A stretch of DNA of 43,272 nucleotides from contig JAYEJT010000115.1 in NCBI GenBank assembly GCA_034660675.1, positions 1 through 43,272 of the forward strand, in the 5' to 3' direction. Positions 27,189 to 40,007 of this stretch are shown here, in pieces (within the stretch, counting starts at the first letter, position 1; each line of letters begins with the position of its first letter). A program made the translations under genes and the position numbers. The stretch comes from Elusimicrobiota bacterium (GTDB lineage Bacteria; CG03). Below the pieces are notes generated by a model that saw only the letters and a list, made by a program, of their open reading frames with translations, did no database searches and was not told where the DNA came from.

Positions 27189-30100
27189 TCACACGGGGAT
27201 TTCCTCGTCTGAAATTATCTTGCCGGCTGAGGCCACCTTATCGCCTTCTCCCAGTTTTATGAGTCTCACGCCTGATGTCGCCCGGCCGATTTTTCTGATG
27301 TCCTTCACTTTCTGCCTTATGGTTATACCGCTTGTGCTTATTATCATGATCTCGTCGTCAAGACTGCACGAAAAAAGCGAAACAACCGGCCCGGTCTTAT
27401 CATTTATTTTCATGTTGATCACGCCCTTACCGCCGCGGCTCTGTTTTCTGTAAGCCGCGATGTCCGTTCTTTTGCCGTAACCGTTTTCGGATATGACAAG
27501 AACCGCTTCTTTTGAAGAAGGCTCCTGAACGATCATTCCCGCAACGCTGTCGCCTTCGGCGAGTCTTATTCCTCTCACGCCTCTTGCGGAACGACCTACC
27601 GACCTGACCGTTGTTTCGGCAAACCTTATCGCTTTTCCAAGCTTCGTGGCTATAACAACATCCGATTTCTCGTCGGAGGCCTGCACTTTGACAAGCTTAT
27701 CCCCCTCTTTCAGGTTAATGGCTATAATTCCCGAAGACCGGGGACGGCTATATGCGGCAACAGGCGTTTTTTTGATAAGACCTTTTTCAGACACCATTAA
27801 AAGACTGCCGCAGGCATCTGCAAGATTTCTTATCTGACAGAAAGAATTAAACTTCTCAGAGGATGTCTTAAATGTCAGGAAATTCACCAGCGCCTTGCCC
27901 TGGGATGTTCTTCCCGCTTCGGGTATTTTCCAGACTTTAAGCCAATAGAGCCTGCCCAGATTTGTGAACACAAGGAAGGTCGCAAGATTTGATGTGACAA
28001 AAAGATGCTCCAGATAATCGTCATCTTTTGTCTTCATTGAATTCACGCCTTTTCCGCCCCGACCCTGAACGCGCCAGGTGGAAAGAGGCACCCTTTTTAT
28101 ATAACCCTGATGGGTTATCGTCAGCGCCACCTCTGTGTCGCTTATGAGATCTTCGTCGGCTATTTCGGTGTCTTCGTCAGATATTTCCGTCTGCCGTTTA
28201 TCACCGTATTTTTTTCTCACTTCCTGCAGATCCTCTTTTATTATGGCCAGTATTTTGCCGGCATCAGCAAGAATCTTTTTCAACTTTTCTATGAGCTTGA
28301 TTTTCTCTATGTACTCTTCCTCCACCTTGATCCTTTCCAGGCCTGTGAGCTGATGCAGCCTCATATCCAGAATGGCCTGGGCCTGAATCTCGCTCATTTT
28401 GAAATTTTTAACAAGCGCGACTTTGGCGTCAGCCGGCGTTTTGGACTGTTTGATGGTCTTTATGATCTTGTCCAAATTTTCAAGAGCTATTCTCAAACCC
28501 TCAAGAATATGTGCTCTGGCCTCGGCTTTCGCCAACTCAAATTTCGTGCGCCTTGTTATAACGTCAACCCTGTGATCAATGTAATAGCCCAGCATCTGCC
28601 GGAGGCTCAGCACCTTCGGGACGTTGTTAACCAGCGACAGCAGTATGATACCGAAACTCACCGAAAGCTGCGTGTGTTTGAACAGCTGATTCAGCACAAC
28701 TCCCGCAACGGCCTCTCTGGAAACGTCTATGACCACGCGTATCCCGTCTTTATCGGATTCGTCCCTGAGATTCGTGATATCTGTTATTTTCTTTTCTCTG
28801 ACGAGAATGGCTATGTTCTCTATGAGCCTTGCCTTGTTCACCTGATAGGGGATTTCGGTCACCACTATTCTTTCTCTGTTGCCTTTGACCTGCTCTATTT
28901 CCGTGCGGGCCTTTATTTTGAAAGAACCTCTTCCTGTTTTATAGGCGTTATATATACCGCTGCGGTTTGTGATTATCGCTCCTGTGGGAAAATCAGGAGC
29001 CGGAACAATTTTGAAAAGCTCCGAGTCTCCCAGCTCCGGATTATCTATCAAGGCAACTGTCGCGTCAATGACCTCTGTCAGATTGTGCGGAGGAATCTTG
29101 GTAGCCATGCCGACGGCGATTCCCTCCGAGCCGTTCACCAGGAGGTTGGGAAAGTTTGCAGGCATAACAGCCGGCTCCTGAAGCGTCGTGTCAAAATTAT
29201 CCACAAAATCAACGGTGCCCTTGTCCAGATCCCTGAGCATTTCATCCGAAATCTTCTCAAGCTTGGCTTCCACATATCTCATGGCCGCCGGAGGGTCTCC
29301 GTCCACGGAACCCACGTTGCCCTGTCCCCTGACAAGCGGATAATGCAGCGAAAAATGCTGAGCCATCCTTACAAGAGCATCATACACAGAAGCGTCACCG
29401 TGAGGGTGATATTTACCCAGACAGTTATGCGAGAGCATTCCGTTAGCGATAAATTCGTGATCCTTCTCCACCTGCAGGTCAAAAGTTTTTTCCCTGCCGC
29501 ATTTTTTCACTTTTTCAACTTTAATAAAATACAATTCATTTTCTACGATGTTCTCTAAAATTTCCGCAAGCGGTGAATTAATTTTCTTTAATTTGGTGAG
29601 AATCTGCCAATCCAGAATCTGAACTCTTCCGATATTCTGTCCGCTCAAATCTTTTGAATACCTGATTTTACATCCTGAGGGATATTTGACGCCCATTCTG
29701 AATTTTTTCCCGCTTTCATCGCGATACCAGCCTCCCCCAATATGCTTTTTGCTTAATTCCTTAAAAATCAGCCTGCCGGCATTTGGAATCACGTCAAAAC
29801 CCGCGGTTTTAATTTTTTTCGTCTCTATTCTTTTCAGATTTTCCGCTTTTGTTTTATGCGCAACTTTAAGCAGCGAGGCAAGCAGACATGCGTATCTGCT
29901 TCTTACTTCAATATAGTGAAATGGCAAACGACTTTTGACTTCTCTGCCGTTTATCACTCCGCCGGATTTTTCCGGTTTTGTAAATCTCTCTCCCATAATT
30001 CCGAAATTCGTCAAAAGCGTCAGCAAACCGGCTGTTAATTTCTCTGAAACAGAACCGTAGTGGATACAGTTTCTCTTTCTGTGCACGCTTCCGTCGCCGT

Positions 30101-31061
30101 CTATTAGCCCGCTGACAAAAGAAAAAACAACTTTTTTCGGCGATACAAATATCTGCGGCGGAACAACTTTCGTTGCGGCTGCTATGCCCCGCAGGCCGAA
30201 AACTGAAACCAAGAAATCATTAATATTAACTTTGTTAATTCTGAGGGAATAAAATTTTCTTGAATTTCCATTTGTTTGAGTCTCAATATTTGACATGTAT
30301 TTAAATTCATCTTTCAGGGTTTTCTGCAGCCGTTTTATTATCGGAAGTGAGGACGAACCAAAACCTATCCTGTGTCCTTTACCGTGATTATAACCCTTTT
30401 CAACCCAGCCGTCAGAGAGCAGCTGTCCCAGCAGATAGGCGATATTTTCATTTAGATAAATTGTTTTCCCGTTCAGTTTCCCCAGCCGCGCATTTTTTTT
30501 ATTATCCGGGCAGGGCGCTTTTACAACCACATAATCTTTTGCCGTGATATTTTTTGCTTCCTTCCAGACTAAGCTCAGGTTAGTGTCTATCACACAAAAC
30601 TTCTGCGAAGCCGTGGCAGCGCTGTAAATTCCGTTTTTCAAAACAATCTTATAAATATCCTTTTCCGGCATAATATACAAACGGCTGACTTTTTTCAGGC
30701 CGCTGCGTGTATAAACGGGATCCCCCACTCTCACATCTTCTATGGGAACCAGCCCCTTTGCCGTCGAAACAAGAGTACCCCGGACAAAACACTCACCGAC
30801 TATCCTGGCCGCCTTCTTGAAAGCCTTATTATGCGACAGATTCAGTTCTTTCATGGAATAAAGAATTCTCCGGTGCACGGGTTTAAGACCGTCCCTGACA
30901 TCCGGCAGAGCTCTTCCCACAATAACGCTCATTGAATAATTGATGTAAGATGTAACCATCTCGTTTTCAACATTTCTCAGCAGTACTTTTGAAAGATCCT
31001 GCGTCTGTGTGCCGACTTTTTCTTCTTCTTTGCTTTTTTTAATATCTTTTGCCATTTCCAC
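27189..31061 (-). CDS. gyrA: DNA gyrase subunit A, interrupted by an intein (834-aa mature extein)
   Basis: Extein motifs [28 protein letters not shown] and AAMRY (active-site Tyr), plus beta-pinwheel C-terminal repeats. Confidence 0.95.
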   Translation of the reverse strand: MEMAKDIKKSKEEEKVGTQTQDLSKVLLRNVENEMVTSYINYSMSVIVGRALPDVRDGLKPVHRRILYSMKELNLSHNKAFKKAARIVGECFVRGTLVSTAKGLVPIEDVRVGDPVYTRSGLKKVSRLYIMPEKDIYKIVLKNGIYSAATASQKFCVIDTNLSLVWKEAKNITAKDYVVVKAPCPDNKKNARLGKLNGKTIYLNENIAYLLGQLLSDGWVEKGYNHGKGHRIGFGSSSLPIIKRLQKTLKDEFKYMSNIETQTNGNSRKFYSLRINKVNINDFLVSVFGLRGIAAATKVVPPQIFVSPKKVVFSFVSGLIDGDGSVHRKRNCIHYGSVSEKLTAGLLTLLTNFGIMGERFTKPEKSGGVINGREVKSRLPFHYIEVRSRYACLLASLLKVAHKTKAENLKRIETKKIKTAGFDVIPNAGRLIFKELSKKHIGGGWYRDESGKKFRMGVKYPSGCKIRYSKDLSGQNIGRVQILDWQILTKLKKINSPLAEILENIVENELYFIKVEKVKKCGREKTFDLQVEKDHEFIANGMLSHNCLGKYHPHGDASVYDALVRMAQHFSLHYPLVRGQGNVGSVDGDPPAAMRYVEAKLEKISDEMLRDLDKGTVDFVDNFDTTLQEPAVMPANFPNLLVNGSEGIAVGMATKIPPHNLTEVIDATVALIDNPELGDSELFKIVPAPDFPTGAIITNRSGIYNAYKTGRGSFKIKARTEIEQVKGNRERIVVTEIPYQVNKARLIENIAILVREKKITDITNLRDESDKDGIRVVIDVSREAVAGVVLNQLFKHTQLSVSFGIILLSLVNNVPKVLSLRQMLGYYIDHRVDVITRRTKFELAKAEARAHILEGLRIALENLDKIIKTIKQSKTPADAKVALVKNFKMSEIQAQAILDMRLHQLTGLERIKVEEEYIEKIKLIEKLKKILADAGKILAIIKEDLQEVRKKYGDKRQTEISDEDTEIADEDLISDTEVALTITHQGYIKRVPLSTWRVQGRGGKGVNSMKTKDDDYLEHLFVTSNLATFLVFTNLGRLYWLKVWKIPEAGRTSQGKALVNFLTFKTSSEKFNSFCQIRNLADACGSLLMVSEKGLIKKTPVAAYSRPRSSGIIAINLKEGDKLVKVQASDEKSDVVIATKLGKAIRFAETTVRSVGRSARGVRGIRLAEGDSVAGMIVQEPSSKEAVLVISENGYGKRTDIAAYRKQSRGGKGVINMKINDKTGPVVSLFSCSLDDEIMIISTSGITIRQKVKDIRKIGRATSGVRLIKLGEGDKVASAGKIISDEEIPV
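29424..30791 (-). mobile_element. GyrA intein (456 aa) with double-motif LAGLIDADG homing endonuclease
   Basis: The intein starts with Cys ([13 protein letters not shown]) and ends [11 protein letters not shown], followed by the +1 Cys of [19 protein letters not shown] motifs are [12 protein letters not shown] and [11 protein letters not shown]. Boundary codons were verified in the DNA: tgt at 30789-30791 and aac at 29424-29426. Confidence 0.9.
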
Positions 31062-31069
31062 CCCTTCTA

Positions 31070-33722
<2,653 letters not shown>

Positions 33723-33726
<4 letters not shown>

Positions 33727-34844
33727 GATCTCATGGGCATCACAAGAGACACATAATTCGGATCGGCCGGAGATTTTACAACAACAGCATTGAGGGAATC
33801 CGAAAATTCCATAATTATTTTCTTATCATCAAGATGCTTGAAGATATCTATTATAAAACCCGGATTAAACGCGATATTGATCGAACCCCCCGAGGATTCC
33901 ACATCTATATCTTCTTCGCTTTCACCGAACCCCTGAGAAGCCGCCGAGATGTTCAGTTTATTTTTGGACACCTGGTATTTAACAGACGAGTTCTGCGATG
34001 AAATCCCGGAATGATATATGCTGGCCGCGCGCACCGTCGCGTTCAATATTTCATCCTTATCAGCTTCCGCCTTTATTTTAACGTTCTTCGGAATAACATT
34101 TTTGTAATCAGGATAAGTGCCGTCTATCAGACGCGAGCTCATTGTTATGTTATCCGTCACGAAAAAGATGCCGCTGTCATCCACGATTATGCTCACTTCC
34201 TCTTTCTCGCTGCAGTTGGAAAGAACCTTCTGAAAAATATTCACCGTTTTTGCGGGCACAATAGCGGACACTTTCATATCCTTGGGCATGGAAACTTTTT
34301 TCCAGGTTGTAGCCAAACGCTTGCCGTCGGTGGCCACAACAGTAAAAGCGCCTTTGCCTATTTCAAAGTAAACGGAGCAAAGCACATAACGCACCTCATC
34401 ACGCGATGCCGAGAACATCGTTTTTCCCAGCATCTCCGAAAGATGATATGCCGGAACTTTAACAGATTTTTCCGATGACACAGGCGCTTCGGGAATTTGG
34501 GGATAATCCTGCAAATTTCCTTTGGCAACTTCGCCCTTGAAATTACCGCACTTTATACCAATACTGTCTTTTCCCTCTTCAATCGTAATATCCTTTTCTT
34601 CCTGAACCCTCATTAAAGCCCCGAAAAGGTCTCCGTGAATAAGAGCTTTTCCCTTTTTTTTGACATCGGCTTCAAACTTGATTCTGGTTGACACTTCCAA
34701 GTCAGTGGAAGTTATTGTCACTGCGTTGTCGGCAGCCTCCATCTGAAGAAAACTAAGATATGGAAGCATAGTTTTCGGACTTAGGCAGAGAAGCGCTGTT
34801 TGCAGATGTTTGAACAATTCGTTTTTACTGCAGGTAAATTTCAT
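33723..34844 (-). CDS. dnaN: DNA polymerase III beta sliding clamp
   Basis: MKFTCSKNELFKHLQ N-terminus and a three-domain length of 374 aa. I chose ATG 34844, which has AAGGGGG upstream, over the track start at 34922. Confidence 0.95.
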
Positions 34845-34877
34845 TTTTCCCCCTTTCTTTTTCTTCTTTAAAATAAT

Positions 34878-34908
34878 TAGTCGTAATAGTATTATGGTCT
34901 GTGGATAT
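34878..34908. promoter_or_regulatory. DnaA box (TGTGGATAT) + GGTC spacer + six 3-nt DnaA-trio-like repeats (TAG TCG TAA TAG TAT TAT)
   Basis: Read directly from the sequence in the dnaA-dnaN intergenic region. Further degenerate boxes lie at 34928-34936 (TTTTCCAAA) and 35012-35020 (GTGTCCACA). Confidence 0.4.
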
Positions 34909-35041
34909 GTGTACAAACTCAATGCTGTTTTCCAAAATGCTTTTATTTGCAGGGATTTTCGGGCTTAACTTTATATTGATAAGTTGTGCATAACTCTTAA
35001 CCGTATTACCCGTGTCCACAGAAAAATTTAAAAATCGCGAC

Positions 35042-36379
35042 TTATGCACTTTCTTTTACCTGCTTGGTGATTTTGTTTAACAATGCCGCGAAATACGGAT
35101 CCTTGGTGATTTTATTTTTTATTTTATTTCCGGCGTGTAAGACGGTGGAATGATCCCTTCCTCCGTAAAATTCACCTATCTCCGTTGTGGAAAAACTTGT
35201 TAATATCCTTGAAAGATACATTGCTATCTGTCTGGGAAAAACCACAGATTCTGTCCGTTTTTTGCCCTTGAGATCTGCTGAGCTTAAATTAAAATTATTG
35301 CTCACAACAGATTGAATGGTGTCAAGGCCTATGTCTTTTTCTATATCGTTTTCCGTTATAACGGTTTTCAGATATTCCTTGGCCTTTTCAATCGTGATGC
35401 TTGTTTCGGTCAGAGACGAATAAGCGGCTATGGAAAGAATGGCGCCCTCAAGCGTCCGTATGTTGTTTTTTATGTTTGATGCTATATAATAAAGAACGTC
35501 ATCGGGAATGTTTATTTTTTCCGCTTCTATTTTTTTCTTGATTATTGCCACCCTTGTCTCAAGATCCGGCGGCTGTATGTCTGCCACAACACCCCACTGA
35601 AATCGCGACCGCAGTCTTTCTTCAAGCGAACCCATATCTTTCGGGCTGGAATCGCTTGAAAGGACGATCTGTTTTCTCCTCTCGTAGAGGGTGTTGAAAG
35701 TGTGGAAAAATTCCTGCTGAATCATTTCCTTGTTGGCAAAAAACTGTATGTCATCTATAAGAAGGAGATCCACGTTGCGGTATTTGATACGGAATTCGGC
35801 GATGCGGTTGTTTTTCAGATACTCTATCATATCATTGGTGAATTTCTCCGAGGTGACATAAATTATGTTAAAAGCCGGAAAATGCTTTTTTATCTCTATG
35901 CCTATGGCATTGAGAAGGTGGGTTTTTCCCAGACCCACGCCCCCGTAAAGGAAAAGCGGGTTGTAGGTGTTGCCCGGATTTTTCGTTATGGCCAGGCTTG
36001 CCGCATGGGCGAAATGGTTGGATTGTCCTATGACAAAATTAGCGAAGGAATATTTGGAAACAAATTTCTTCGGGAGAAAAAGTGTTTCATCAAGTTCTTT
36101 GATGCCGTCGTCGTCAGCCTCAATTTTGTTTTCAATTTTGTCTGTGTAAAATTCCACTTTGAGACACGGGTCGGATCCCTTGAGTATGTTGTCTATTCTT
36201 TCGCAATAGTGTTCGCTGAGCCAACGGACAAAAAATTTATTGGGAACTTTCACCCGTAATTTTTCTTGATCTAAACCCGTGGGTATGGTCGGCTCCAGCC
36301 ACAGTTTATAGGTTTCGTCAGTAATTTCTAAACGGAGATTATTGACAATTTTTTTCCACAAAATTTCAAAATTTTCCAC
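35042..36379 (-). CDS. dnaA: Chromosomal replication initiator protein DnaA
   Basis: Walker A GGVGLGKTHLLNAIG, an AAA+ box and a C-terminal DNA-binding domain (RQIAMYLSR...GGRDHSTVLHA). The GTG start has AAGGA 9 nt upstream. Confidence 0.95.
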   Translation of the reverse strand: MENFEILWKKIVNNLRLEITDETYKLWLEPTIPTGLDQEKLRVKVPNKFFVRWLSEHYCERIDNILKGSDPCLKVEFYTDKIENKIEADDDGIKELDETLFLPKKFVSKYSFANFVIGQSNHFAHAASLAITKNPGNTYNPLFLYGGVGLGKTHLLNAIGIEIKKHFPAFNIIYVTSEKFTNDMIEYLKNNRIAEFRIKYRNVDLLLIDDIQFFANKEMIQQEFFHTFNTLYERRKQIVLSSDSSPKDMGSLEERLRSRFQWGVVADIQPPDLETRVAIIKKKIEAEKINIPDDVLYYIASNIKNNIRTLEGAILSIAAYSSLTETSITIEKAKEYLKTVITENDIEKDIGLDTIQSVVSNNFNLSSADLKGKKRTESVVFPRQIAMYLSRILTSFSTTEIGEFYGGRDHSTVLHAGNKIKNKITKDPYFAALLNKITKQVKESA

Positions 36380-36444
36380 AAATTTCAGTCCTTATCAACA
36401 ATTTTATCACAAGTTATCAACATCTTATTAACACCTTATTAACA
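36352..36444. promoter_or_regulatory. Array of seven same-orientation DnaA-box-like 9-mers in the dnaA leader and start codon
   Basis: TTTTCCACA at 36352 and 36372. TTATCAACA at 36392 and 36414. TTATCACAA at 36404. TTATTAACA at 36425 and 36436. Spacing is 20, 20, 12, 10, 11 and 11 nt. Confidence 0.55.
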
Positions 36445-36477
36445 GACACTTTTTGCCTATTTTAGGCATAAGGAAGA

Positions 36478-36506
36478 ATTATATAATAACAACTGGTTTT
36501 TGTCAA
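36478..36506 (-). promoter_or_regulatory. Perfect consensus sigma70-type promoter for dnaA (TTGACA-17-TATAAT)
   Basis: The reverse complement of 36501-36506 is TTGACA and that of 36478-36483 is TATAAT, with exactly 17 nt between them. A small palindrome TGCCTAtttTAGGCA lies at 36454-36468, just downstream. Confidence 0.6.
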
Positions 36507-36554
36507 GGTCTTTGAAGTTTTATATCGGAAAACCGTTGGTTTATTATTTTTTAT

Positions 36555-37523
36555 TTATCCGGATAAACCTTCGCGCAGAAGATCTCTTTCATCAATTATC
36601 CCGGCAAGTTTTCCGGACTTATTAACAACCGGAATATTGTCAAAATTGAGTTTGTTCATAATTTCGGCGACTTTCCATGCGGGGGTGGTGTCCATGACGG
36701 TGAAGGGTTTTGGGGTCATAACTTTTTCAATTTTTTCGTTCAGCGCCGTTGACCTGTCCTGCATCAGTCTGCGTAAATCACCGTCAGTAAAAAAGCCGAT
36801 GAGTTTTTTGTTTTTGCCTACGATGCTTACGGCGCCGAGTCTTGAACGTGTCATTTCAAAAAGAGCTTCTTTTACGGAACTGCCCTTTTTCAGCACAGGA
36901 TTTTCGCCGCCTTTTCTCATGATGTCTTTAACCTGCATGGAAAGTTTTTTTCCAAGAACTCCCCCCGGATGCAGAAGCGCCAGATCAGATGCCTTCAGCT
37001 TTTTTTTCTGCATGAGCATTATAGCGATGGCGTCGCCGGTAACCATCATCACCGTTGTTGATGATGTGGGAGCATGATTAAAAGGGCAGGCCTGTTTGGA
37101 CGCGCTGATGGTAATAAGGCAGTCTGATATTTTTCCCAGAGCCGACTCTTTACGCGCGGTTATGGAGATCACCGGCACTTTCAGTTTTTTTATAAGAGGC
37201 AGAAGACTTGTCATTTCCGTTATTTCTCCGGAAAATGACAGAGCCATTATGCTGTCGCCTTTGTTGATCATGCCTATGTCTCCGTGTGCCGCTTCACCGG
37301 GATGAATGAAAAAAGCCGGATTGCCGGTGGAAGAAAGAGTTGCGGCGATTTTTTTTGCCACCAGACCGGATTTACCCAGGCCCATAACGGCTATTTTTCC
37401 GGTTTTTCTTTTGAAAAGCAGTTCCACGGCTTTTTTCACCGCTGAAGAAAACGAAGGGTTGATGTTTTCTTCAATGGCCATTTTTTCTATTGTGAGAATT
37501 TCCCTGACCGTTCTTGTTTTCAT
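36555..37523 (-). CDS. kdsD: Arabinose-5-phosphate isomerase (SIS + tandem CBS)
   Basis: GKIAVMGLGKSGLVAKKIAATLSSTGNPAFFIHPGEAAHGDIG and a C-terminal CBS pair. Confidence 0.9.
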   Translation of the reverse strand: MKTRTVREILTIEKMAIEENINPSFSSAVKKAVELLFKRKTGKIAVMGLGKSGLVAKKIAATLSSTGNPAFFIHPGEAAHGDIGMINKGDSIMALSFSGEITEMTSLLPLIKKLKVPVISITARKESALGKISDCLITISASKQACPFNHAPTSSTTVMMVTGDAIAIMLMQKKKLKASDLALLHPGGVLGKKLSMQVKDIMRKGGENPVLKKGSSVKEALFEMTRSRLGAVSIVGKNKKLIGFFTDGDLRRLMQDRSTALNEKIEKVMTPKPFTVMDTTPAWKVAEIMNKLNFDNIPVVNKSGKLAGIIDERDLLREGLSG

Positions 37524-38326
37524 TTCGCGAGCTCCTTTACGGCTGAAACAAGTTTATTAAATTCGCTGAAACTCATTACCGACCCTCTGTCCGATTTGGC
37601 GGCGGAGGGTTTGGGATGCACTTCCGCGTATATGCCGTCAGCTCCGGCAGCGACGGCGGCTCTTGAGAGAGGAAGGCAGAATTCTTTTTTTCCCGAAGTC
37701 CGTCCGCCTGCTCCGCCGGGGAGCTGAACGCTGTGCGTGGTGTCAAAAATAACGGGATAACCCGTTTTCTTCATTATGGGAATGGAGCGGAAATCAACCA
37801 CGAGATTGTTATAGCCGAAGCTGCTGCCGCGCTCAATAAGGATTATATTTTTGTTCCCCGCGTTTTCCGCCTTTTGTATAAGGAATTTCATATCATCCGG
37901 GGCCAGAAACTGCCCCTTCTTTATACTGACAGGTTTTCCCGCCCCGGCCACAGCGGTGATGAGATCCGTTTGCCTGCAGAGGAAGGCCGGTATCTGAAGA
38001 ACATCCGCGATTTTCGCGGCTGCGGGAATTTGGCTCACGCAGTGCACATCCGTGAGCACGGGGAACCCGAAATGCTTTTTTACGGCGGCTATGATTTCAA
38101 GGCCCTTTTTTATTCCCGGGCCGCGCCAGGAAGAACCCTGCAGGCGGTTGGCTTTATCAAAAGACGCTTTGAATATGAGCGGCAATTTGTGTTTCGCGCA
38201 GATTTTTACAAGGGCCTCGGCGCTTGAAAAAACCTGCTTTTTATTTTCTATGGAACAGACCCCGGCTATAACCGTCAGACTTTTTCCTATTGTTATGTTG
38301 CCGACTTTCACTTTTCTTACGCTCAT
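37520..38326 (-). CDS. kdsA: 2-dehydro-3-deoxyphosphooctonate aldolase (Kdo8P synthase)
   Basis: FKASFDKANR, LQIPAFLCRQTDL, KKGQF and FDTTHSVQLPGG. Confidence 0.9.
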   Translation of the reverse strand: MSVRKVKVGNITIGKSLTVIAGVCSIENKKQVFSSAEALVKICAKHKLPLIFKASFDKANRLQGSSWRGPGIKKGLEIIAAVKKHFGFPVLTDVHCVSQIPAAAKIADVLQIPAFLCRQTDLITAVAGAGKPVSIKKGQFLAPDDMKFLIQKAENAGNKNIILIERGSSFGYNNLVVDFRSIPIMKKTGYPVIFDTTHSVQLPGGAGGRTSGKKEFCLPLSRAAVAAGADGIYAEVHPKPSAAKSDRGSVMSFSEFNKLVSAVKELAK

Positions 38327-39024
38327 GATTTGAGCCTCCTGATCACTTTTTTTATATCTGCGGGTGTGTCCACGGCGATTCCGCGGTAGTTTACATAGAG
38401 CACTTTTATGGCTATGCCGTTTTCCAGAAAGTTCAGCTGTTCCAGATCTTCGGCCTCGGCAAGAGGGCTTTTGAACTTTGACGATTCAAGAAGCACTTTT
38501 TTTCTGTATGCGTATATGCCTATGTGTTTTTTAGCGGCTTTGAACGAGCCGTAAGGCACGGGGCGTCTGGAAAAATAAAGGGCGTTGCCGTTTTTTGCGC
38601 TCACCACTTTTACCGTGTCTCTGGACAAATATTCTTTTTCGTCAAGTTTTGCCGATAGCGTTGCCACTTTTACAGCTTTGTCCCTGAATTCTTTTACGAG
38701 TCTGTCTATGTGAGAGGGGTTTATGAGAGGTTCATCCCCCTGTATGTTTACGACAATTTTGCAGCTGATGTCCTTGATTACACCGCGTATTCTCCCGCTG
38801 CCGTTTGCGGCTGGTCCCGTCACCCGCGCATCGGCTCCGAAGCCTGCGGCCTCATCGGCTATTCTCAGATCGTCGGTGGCAATGATTATTTTATCAAGGG
38901 TTTTTGCCTTTGAGACTTTCTCCCAAACCCTGCGTATCATTGTTTTTCCCAGGATTTTCGCCATGGGTTTACCCGGAAAACGTGTTGAAGCCCAACGCGC
39001 CGGAATAACTCCGATTGCGTTCAT
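38323..39024 (-). CDS. kdsB: 3-deoxy-manno-octulosonate cytidylyltransferase (CMP-Kdo synthetase)
   Basis: GVIPARWASTRFPGKPM and NIQGDEPLI. Confidence 0.9.
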   Translation of the reverse strand: MNAIGVIPARWASTRFPGKPMAKILGKTMIRRVWEKVSKAKTLDKIIIATDDLRIADEAAGFGADARVTGPAANGSGRIRGVIKDISCKIVVNIQGDEPLINPSHIDRLVKEFRDKAVKVATLSAKLDEKEYLSRDTVKVVSAKNGNALYFSRRPVPYGSFKAAKKHIGIYAYRKKVLLESSKFKSPLAEAEDLEQLNFLENGIAIKVLYVNYRGIAVDTPADIKKVIRRLKS

Positions 39025-39959
39025 TTTTCAAGTTCCCTTTTTGAGACCGTCGCCGTGCCGAGTTTTCCCACAACGATTCCGGCGGCTTTGTTGGCAAGTT
39101 TTGCGCTTTCAAGCGTGCTCATTCCCGAACACAGGGCCGAGGTAAAGACCGCGATGACGGTGTCGCCGGCTCCTGTGACATCAAAGACCTCGCGTGCGAG
39201 AGTTTTTATGAATGTCACTTTTCCTTTTTCGAAGATGGCCATGCCGCTTGCGCCGCGTGTTATGAGCAGACTCTCCGGTTTGAGTTTTTTCATTACCGCG
39301 AAACCGGCCTTTTTTACTTCAGAATCGCTTGCGGCCCTCATGTTTGTGGCTTTTTCCGCCTCAAAATGATTCGGTGTGAGGCTCGTGACATTTTTGTAAT
39401 TCATAAAGTGCTCCACCTGCGGATCAACCGTTATTATTTTTTTCAGCCCGGCCGCGGCGGGGATGAGGTAGCTAAGCAGTTTTTTTGTTATGACGCCTTT
39501 GCCGTAATCGGCGATAATTACGGCATCGGCTTTTATAATTTCTTTTTTTAGTTTTTTTATAAGTGTTGCGGATGAGTTCCCGTTTAATTTTTCTTCGCGG
39601 TCAACGCGTACGACCTGTTGTTTGCGCGCGATGATCCTGGTTTTAAGAGTTGTGGTGTAGAGGGGAAGCCGTACAACGGAGGAAGTGATTATGCCGTGTT
39701 TTTTCAGGTGGGAGATGCTGAAATCTCCGTAGAAATCTTTGCCGAGGGCGCCGCAGAGAACGGTTTTCGCTCCCAGCGCCGCAAGATTCACGGCGACATT
39801 TGCCGCGCCGCCGGCCTTGAAAACTTCTTTCATGGCTTTCAGCACCGGCACCGGAGCTTCCTGCGATATGCGCGAAACCTCACCGAAGACAAATCTGTCA
39901 AGTATTATATCTCCGACGACAAGAATGCGCCGCTTTTTAAAATCAGGCAATTTAATCAT
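39021..39959 (-). CDS. hldA: D-glycero-beta-D-manno-heptose-7-phosphate kinase (RfaE domain I, PfkB family)
   Basis: ILVVGDIILDRFVFGEVSRISQEAPVPVL and a C-terminal TGAGDTV motif. I prefer ATG 39959 over the track TTG 39995. There is no adenylyltransferase domain. Confidence 0.85.
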   Translation of the reverse strand: MIKLPDFKKRRILVVGDIILDRFVFGEVSRISQEAPVPVLKAMKEVFKAGGAANVAVNLAALGAKTVLCGALGKDFYGDFSISHLKKHGIITSSVVRLPLYTTTLKTRIIARKQQVVRVDREEKLNGNSSATLIKKLKKEIIKADAVIIADYGKGVITKKLLSYLIPAAAGLKKIITVDPQVEHFMNYKNVTSLTPNHFEAEKATNMRAASDSEVKKAGFAVMKKLKPESLLITRGASGMAIFEKGKVTFIKTLAREVFDVTGAGDTVIAVFTSALCSGMSTLESAKLANKAAGIVVGKLGTATVSKRELEK

Positions 39960-40007
39960 ACCGTTAATGATAAAAAATAAAAGCCGAATAAGCAACGGGG
40001 AAGGTGT

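Noticed and set aside
36555-36566. Palindrome TTATCCGGATAA, made of two DnaA-box-like half sites.
   Set aside because: It is the last three codons and stop of kdsD (LSG*). Each half matches only 6 nt, so it is probably coincidental.
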